64,000 bases of DNA, taken from the human T2T-CHM13v2.0 reference genome, Homo sapiens. Positions 57,567-64,000 of the stretch are shown piece by piece. The notes beneath the pieces are model-generated. The model was not told the DNA's origin. It ran no database searches and worked only from the letters and a program-made list of their open reading frames with translations. Each line of letters starts with the position of its first letter. Positions within the stretch are counted from its first letter, which is position 1. Both the position numbers and the translations under genes were made by a program. The stretch is taken from NCBI RefSeq assembly GCF_009914755.1, contig NC_060931.1, one strand, 5' to 3'.

Positions 57567-57802
57567 AGAGTTCGGGTATCCCTAATCTGGAAATCCAAGA
57601 TCTGAACTGCTACAAAATTCAAAACTTTTTGAGTACTGACATGAGGTTCAAAAGAATGCTCATTGGAGCGTTTTGGATTTCAGATTCTTGGATTAGGGCT
57701 GCTCAACTGGTAAATATTTACTGCAGATATTCCAAAATCTAAAAACATCTGAAGTCCAAAACACTTCTGGTTCCAAATATTTTGGAAGAAATATACAACC
57801 TA
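57567..57802. mobile_element. Tigger4a/MER46-type MITE
   Basis: gtatccctaatctggaaatcc...ctcattggagcgttttggatttcagat...ggattagggctgctcaac. Confidence 0.82.
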
Positions 57803-58984
57803 TAGGATGGATGATATGCATGAGTGTACATGCTGCTTTGGGTCTGTGCTCTCTAGAATCAAGCAGGACATCCCTCGAGTACCAGAGCTAACCTTAAGTT
57901 ATTCTTTGTACCCGACACATAGCTTAATATGGTGAACAAAATGTTTGGCACATTATGTTCAAACTTAAATAACTGCAGGTCAGGCTTTGAGGGTAAAGCA
58001 GACCAATAGTTATTTAGAAGTCAAGAGAATACACAAAGAATGAAAGGATAGAGAAAATTTCCAGAGAAAACTATCTTTTATTCATTTCCTCACTTGAATA
58101 CAAAACACATACTGTAAAATAAATAATAAATATTCACACCCGATGACAAAGAGAAGACTCTTATATCAAAATTTTAAGACAGACAAAATAGATATGATTT
58201 TTATGTTTTCTGTTGAGGAGAAGCAGAGCACTTCCCCACTGACTTTCTGACAATTTGTCATCAGGATCAACCATGTATTTTCTGGGAACTTGATCAAGTA
58301 AAATCATTCTGGGACACCACAGTGCTTTCAAAACCTAGATCAGGTTTCCTTTTGGATCGAGGATCTGACCAAGAGCATATAGAACTCTTAAGATGGATTA
58401 ACTTTTACTCTGTTCTTCTGATCTGTTTCATTTATCATGTAATAAGTTGACAAAGGGACTGAAATACGCAGAGACATGGAATTTTGGGGTTACCCAGAAA
58501 AACCTCCGCTGACTCAGTCAAATTTGTGGTTTATATTTTAGCTATTGCTATGGTTAATTTCTATTTGTTTTTACAATGCATATGAACAAATGTTTGATGA
58601 AAAAATTAAAAGAGAAGAAACCAAAAGTGAAATGTGAGTGCTGTTAGACTGGCCAACATTTATTAAAGATACCAAGCTAAATGATGGAAAATTTGAACAA
58701 TCTGGGTTACTTTAGTTGAAAAAATAAACCATTTATAGTACCCTAATACCTTTTAGGCTTGTTTGGTAGATATAAAAGTTTTGCTTTCTTTTGTGTCAAA
58801 GTTCCTACTGGGTCGCTTCAACTAATAAAATCAAAATCACATTAATTCAATTTCTTCTTTAATTGCTTCTTCTCATGGATCATCTGAAAATTTCAGCAAT
58901 GGCATGATATGCTCCAAGATTCTAAAGAGTGGGCCAGAAGCAAATGAAGGGCAGAGGAAAAGTAGGAAAATAGAGAGAAGTTGC

Positions 58985-59160
58985 CATTTCTGAGCAACTA
59001 CTATGTGTTAGTAGGTGCAGAGCCTTTCAATAACCCCACTATGTAAGTGTTGTTAACTCTACAGAGGAGGAACTTGAAGTTTTAAAAGGCTAGTAACTTG
59101 CCCAGGGTTAGTTGTAGTTAAGATTTAATCCTATTTCTGATTTATGTCAAATTTCTACTA
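58985..59160 (-). mobile_element. MIR
   Basis: ctgagcaactactatgtg...tacagaggaggaacttgaag...taacttgcccagggt. Confidence 0.65.
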
Positions 59161-59330
59161 CTTTATATCTCCTATAAAACTCAGGTGTAAGATTAAGACA
59201 TGCCTAATAGAAAATCTCAGAAATAAATCAGAAGTATTTTCTTATATGTATATAATGAAGTAAGAGTTAGAAATTAATATCTGTGGACTTCATTTATCTG
59301 TACAGTCATGGCCTCTATTAACATAGATGA

Positions 59331-59774
<444 letters not shown>

Positions 59775-60098
59775 TGAAGTATAGATTTATTTTACCATTT
59801 TTTTCAGGTGATTGAAGCAGAGCATATATGATCTCCACATATCAAGACTAACGGATGATTATTTCATTTACCAGCTGTATGGTTTGGGGTTTTGGTTTTT
59901 CTGTTAAATCTGTCAAGCTTTAAAGCTCAGTATGTGTCATTGCTTATTTAAAAATGTAATATGATGTGAAGGATAGAAATGAATTCAAATGTGTGTATTG
60001 GGACTTTCTAATGTCTCGTAAAATAAGTTTTTAATTTTTATAAATTCATTAGAACTAAAATGATCTGTTTTTAAAAACATCCCTTTCTCTCATTAGTT

Positions 60099-60283
60099 GT
60101 TTGTTTTTTGTTTTTCTGTTTTGAGATGTGGGCTCACTCCATTGCCCAGGATGGAGTGCAGTGGTGCTTTCACCATTCACTGCAGCCTCGGCCTTCAGGG
60201 CTCAGGTGATCCTCTTGCCTCAGCCTCCTGAGAAGCTGGGACTACAGGCTTGTTCCACCATGCCAGGCTAAATTTTCTGTTTT
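60099..60283 (-). mobile_element. AluJ right arm plus linker (3' partner of the U6 chimera)
   Basis: Tail, right monomer and A-rich linker only; it abuts the U6 3' end. Confidence 0.88.
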
Positions 60284-60393
60284 AAAAATATGGAACGCTT
60301 CGTGAATTTGTTGCATGTCATCCTTACACAGGGGCCATGTTAATCTTCTCTGTATCATTCCAATTTTAGTATATGTGTTGGTGAAGTGAGCAC
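60284..60393 (-). pseudogene. U6 snRNA retropseudogene, full length and diverged
   Basis: Reverse complement reads gtgctcacttcaccaacacatatactaaaattggaatgatacagagaagattaacatggcccctg...gaagcgttccatattttt; ACAGAGA box intact; CpG decay. Confidence 0.96.
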
Positions 60394-62719
60394 CATTAGT
60401 TTTCAATATTATGATTTTCTTGCTTAGTATACTACAGTGTATAAAGTACCATACTAAAGTCTCCTGTTTTATTTGTCCATTAATTCTTTCAAAATAGGAG
60501 ATACAAATAGAAACATGTAAGACCCCAGACTTTTAATAGACATGATGATGAAATATCTACACAGGTATCTGTAATACTAACCCAGGAAATCTTTGTGTAG
60601 AGTTAAAAGCTTGATTTTGAAGAAACATAAGATAGTTTTAAAATATTTTTTCTTTATTCTTTCCATAGTTTAATTACTATCATTTTAAATCACCTTTCAT
60701 TATATGAAAACACATATTGAAACAAAGAACTGCTCATTTTCTAGTGTTTACAGATACATCACATAATGTTGATAACTCTAGCAAAAATTTAATTTTAGAA
60801 ATCTGATCATTTTAAGTCAAAGGAGAAGTACATCTAACACAGTTATGCTAGGTTGAGAATATGAAGTACTGCTTTAAATGTTTGCTCTGGAACCAAATGT
60901 AGAAAAGTTTAGATAAGTCATGGACCAATCATTACTAAATTCACCTCAAGGATATTTTCACTCTTCTCTACTTGGTAATAACCACTAAGGGAATAGGGAA
61001 ATTTACACACATATCTAAGAAATATGAAGGACTTCCAGACAGTTATGCATTTTGAAGAAAACATTTATCTTCAGTGTAAAAACATTCAATAGTTAATTTT
61101 TCTTTCAAAAACACAACTTGCTGCTTATTACCGGTATCTTGACTTCTAACAAAACCTCAAGCTTGGTTGGTGTTTGGTGTGAATGTGTGTTCCTATGAGT
61201 GTGCTGTAAATTGGCCTTGGAGAAATAGGGGTTTTCTTGAATCCAGGAAGCCTTGCTGTGTTGTTTGGCTGTTAGTTGGTGCCTTGACTATAACACATAA
61301 AGGGACTATGTGGCTTAGGTTGCCGCTTTCCTAGAAGACCGGGGGGAGATGGTGTTTAGTGGGTCTGCTGCTTGAGTAGGCCAAAGAAAACCTTGTTGTA
61401 AGTAGCGCCTCAGGGTGGAATACATTCTTTGCCAAGCATGTCATTCAGTTTTCAGAAATAATTTAGCTGCTTTGGGATGTGGAGAGCAGGAAGGAATTTT
61501 GCTATTGGCTGCTGGAATAGTCCTGGTGAATAAAATGGTGGGGAGAAGATTGCTGAGAACAATCTGCTGCTGGGAGCTGGGGGGAATTGAAACTTCAGTC
61601 TGCTCAGTTGGCACTAGCTGTATGCAGTCTGTTGTGGGCCCTATGAGAAAGCTACCTGCAGGCTGCTACTCAGTAAGCAAACAGCCTCCATTGTACCTTC
61701 TGACTGCTTGCAACTGTCAGGCAAATGCTTAATCAGCAGCTTTTGAAAAAGAGCATGATTAATAAACCCATAAAACTCTCTTCTCTGATTAAAGCAGCAA
61801 CTGTGTGGCAAAATCTATTAGAGCTTAGTTAGAGACCATTATAGTAGAGAAAATAAATTATTAAAGGGCAGATTTGTAGGCACTCTAGGAAAACAGATTT
61901 GGCTGGACTTAGTCCTGTCTCCCAGCTGTGAGAATTAAATAGGAGTCTGGGGACATGTAAAATTTAGTGCAGGACATACTTATAAGACAGCAGGGAAAAT
62001 GCTATGACTGAAAGGCAGCAGCTCTCTTATAAATGCACATTGATTTTCAAAGGCTGAAGAGTGTTTCTTCAGTTCCCCGTGCTACCGTACGCTGACAGAG
62101 AATAGATGAGACCGAATTTTAGATCACACTAAAGTTTCTTTTTTTTTTTCAGCTTTATTTTTAAACCTTTTCCCACAAGTCTAGCTCATTAGAGCAAGAG
62201 AACTTTAATGAAATAATGGGCACAAAGTCAATCTGGAAAGTTAAAAAACACCATTTGGTTGCCATTACTGGACTGAACTCAATTTTTGTTTTGTGTATGT
62301 TTATTAAAGTTAAGGATATCAAATATAAATGTTGATCAATGTTTGCTTCTCCAGAATTGCACACTAAAATAATGTTCTTTCATAAAGTAGCTAATCCACA
62401 AGTTTCCAGTTCGTAGAGCTTTGTTTTTACTTTAGTTATTCCTTAAAAATAATCTTTTTTTTTTTTTTTTCTAGAGAGGACCCAATAAGTCCTGGTACTA
62501 TTAAGAGAGCATTCTTAAAGCAGGTTTTAAAAGTAATAGCAAATTAGTGCATTGACTCTCATTTTAAAATGTATTACTTTATGCTCATTTACTTACTGCT
62601 TTACTCTATAAATGTTTGTTGATCATGAGCAATACATGAGATCACATGAAAGTACTGCCAGGGATAAAAAAATAACAACAGTACCACTAATACCTTTACT
62701 ATGACTGCTGCTATGGATA

Positions 62720-62940
62720 ACACCGAATTACTTACAAAGGGCCAACTGTACATCAAGCACTGTTCTCAGCACTTTACAGAAACTCATTTATTCCCCACAA
62801 AAGCCTTTAGAAGTAAGTCCTATGATTATCCTTCTTTTCATACTTGAGGAAACTAAGGCACAGGGAGGTTAAGTAATGCCCCATGTTAAACAGCTAGTAA
62901 TGGGCAAAGCTAGGATTTGATTTAGGCAGAATAATTGCTA
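62720..62940 (-). mobile_element. MIR
   Basis: gcactgttctcagcactttaca...tgaggaaactaaggcacagggaggttaagtaa. Confidence 0.78.
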
Positions 62941-62946
62941 CAGTCG

Positions 62947-63002
62947 AGTGTGTGTATATGGGTGTGTTGTGTGTGTGTGTTTGTGCATGCGCATGTATGT
63001 GC
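62947..63002. repeat. Imperfect (TG)n
   Basis: Seen directly. Confidence 0.8.
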
Positions 63003-63004
63003 TT

Positions 63005-63500
63005 AATAGAGGTAACAGTAGAAGAATTCTTAGAAAAATGCTGAGGGCAGAGGCTGTAGAATTCTAGCTATTGAGAGAGCCGTGGAACTGACTTGAACCA
63101 TGAACTTTGAGTAGGAGCTGGATGTGCAGAGATGGAAGCTGAGCCTGGCAGCACAAGAGTAGCAAAGCAAGCTGTCCAAATTGCCTCATCTGTGGAGTAT
63201 ACAAAGTTGATTATGGATGGTAAGGCCAAGCTAGTAGATGAAACCAAATTGTAAACCGAAGAATCAGACTAGTAAGTGTGGCTTTTGTTTAATGCCAATG
63301 GTAAATCGTTGATTTTTAAAAATATTGGGGAGATATGTTCAGAAATGTGTTTCAAAGTTTAAGTCTAATAACAATGTGTGGTTAGATTGCAATAGAGAAA
63401 GACTGATGTGTTTAGAACAAGATTACAATAAAAAGTCAGAAAATAGTGTTGGGGGTAGCAGTTATTACGCGAAAGACAAGGTGGTGTCAGCAGAGTTTAT
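63005..63500 (-). mobile_element. Degraded L2 fragment
   Basis: Purine-rich L2-like motifs (aagtgtggcttttgtttaatgccaatggtaaatcgttga). Confidence 0.45.
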
Positions 63501-64000
63501 TGTTTAGGAAAAAAATCACTCAGTACCTTATACCTTGGCATTTATAAACTAGACAATCTCAAAAAATGTTATTGAACCAAACTGACAAAATAAGAAGGCT
63601 TTTTTATTCAAATATAAGCTTCTGAGTGTCATGAGCACACATCTTTTTTGATGCCTTTTTATAGCTTCTTAGATAAAAGCTCATTTTTATGGTTACATTC
63701 GGTATGGTTTCTTGTGCACATGCTATGCTTCTGTGTGAAAGATGAGTAAATCAGATCCATTTTCATTGCAGTTTTCCTCAGATGGCAAGTGTGAGTGGAG
63801 CAAGCACACTTTTGCCTGATTGGAAGCACCTGCAGTTTATTTGCCATGGGGTTGTTCCCTGTGTTTTTGCCCGGACTCATACTTTACAGAGTGCTGCCCA
63901 ATCCTGCTTATTTTCCTCTCACTGCAACTTTCATATCAGCTGCCATTGGGGTTGTCTTCTTACTACTCTCTGAAATTCACTACGCCAGAGCCTTCTCTGC

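Noticed and set aside
60284-60393. Functional U6 gene
   Set aside because: Multiple substitutions including AGC triad decay (attaacatgg), TSD-flanked, and no evident PSE/TATA promoter.

Overview
Primate genomic DNA, almost certainly human (Alu J/S/Y, L1PA/L1MA, MaLR, MIR/L2), AT-rich and mostly intronic. Three spliced + strand coding exons (1372-1422, 6159-6345, 7305-7473) join in frame into a peptide I recognise as the cadherin-like beta-sandwich region of CPED1 (C7orf58, next to WNT16; probably exons 14-16). The remaining ~56 kb is one long intron filled with interspersed repeats. Nearly all ORFs in the supplied track are repeat-derived or chance. I see no convincing new biological system. 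The best second-look items are: (1) a TSD-flanked U6 snRNA/Alu-right-arm chimeric retrocopy; (2) an unexplained diverged ~150-bp direct repeat pair ~0.9 kb apart that retains C/D-box-like motifs; (3) two L1 insertions with twin-priming 5' inversions, one in a three-level nest; (4) an Alu fragment apparently coupled to a target-site deletion; (5) several cryptic or poison exon candidates after the last coding exon; (6) small duplications and hairpins. Repeat subfamily calls and most repeat boundaries were made by eye and are approximate.
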